From Camelus ferus (taxonomy: Eukaryota): 64,000 bases of DNA. Positions 63,431-64,000 of the stretch are shown one piece after another (positions within the stretch are counted from its first letter, which is position 1; every line of letters starts with the position of its first letter). The position numbers were made by a program, and so were the translations under genes. The stretch is taken from positions 55,306,001 to 55,370,000 of the forward strand of contig NC_045707.1 in the NCBI RefSeq assembly GCF_009834535.1, read 5' to 3'. Under the pieces are notes generated by a model that searched no databases, was not told the origin of the DNA, and saw nothing but the letters and a program-made list of their open reading frames with translations.

Positions 63431-64000
63431 CCTTGGGCCAAAGATTTGTACTCTGATTTAAGAGACTTAAAATTCATTATATGATTATTTAAAATATTTG
63501 TCAGTAGGAAAGTGAAATTATTGCTATAGACAACTGGAATCAACTTCCAAACACACCTACTGTTCATAAATCAGAATAAAAGCGCCGTTTTTCTTGGGAG
63601 ATGGGATTACGGTTTGTTTCCATTAAATTTCCAAGTGTGACTTTTTTCTCATTTCCCGCAAGTGTGATGTACTCAGTCTGAGGGAGCAGGTCTCCTCCAA
63701 CATCCTAGTGAAATTGTGTAACCTTGGCTAGCTAGCTGAAGAGCTTAGTGGCAAGGTTTTCATCTTATTGTGTAGGTTACTCTTCCCTTGGCTCATTCAT
63801 ATGCAGAATTGACTTTGTGTGTTTTTATTCCTGTCCCCTTTTTATGAATATGTTGGCACTAATGAATCCCATAGTGACCCAGTTGAATCGAGTCTGCTAC
63901 CCGCTGTGCCACCACTGTAAAACTGTCCAAAAAAAAAAAAAAAAGCATTTCTCTCTTCTACTCACTTGGGAGTTGCTTACTTCCTATCGTCCCTGAGTTC

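Noticed and set aside
487..63996. Short ORFs (60-117 aa) in the six-frame track as protein-coding genes
   Set aside because: None resembles a protein I recognise. Many overlap repeats or microsatellites and many start at GTG/TTG. Such ORFs are expected by chance in AT-rich mammalian DNA.

Overview
AT-rich, CpG-depleted mammalian genomic DNA, not a prokaryotic or phage window. Two tRNA-derived SINEs of the Vic-1 type and a matching young L1 3'UTR family point to a camelid (alpaca/llama/camel); this is an inference from recalled repeat consensus sequences, not a database search. I recognise no protein-coding gene. The only clearly meaningful ORF in the track (32502-32726) is an L1 ORF2 C-terminal fragment. 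The window is intergenic or deep-intronic and is dominated by repeats: MIR, L2, old L1M/HAL1, MER5, about 20 MaLR/ERV solo LTRs, three young L1 3' ends and two SINEs with target-site duplications (TSDs). Best observations: (1) a solo ERV1 LTR at 48696-49242 with a six-unit CCAAT tandem array, TATA box and polyA signal, resembling human LTR12/ERV9 in architecture; (2) an internally deleted RTE-clade LINE relic at ~59560-60140, missed by the ORF track, containing a possible 139-nt minus-strand exon; (3) a pogo/Tigger-type transposase relic at ~57150-57830; (4) one MIR split by two different LTRs, one carrying a GAS-like motif; (5) a CpG- and motif-rich unique segment at ~62900-63430 with splice signals; (6) a 16:4 plus-strand bias of LTRs. 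I found no convincing new biological system. Subfamily names and the boundaries of old repeats are approximate and need Dfam/RepeatMasker confirmation.
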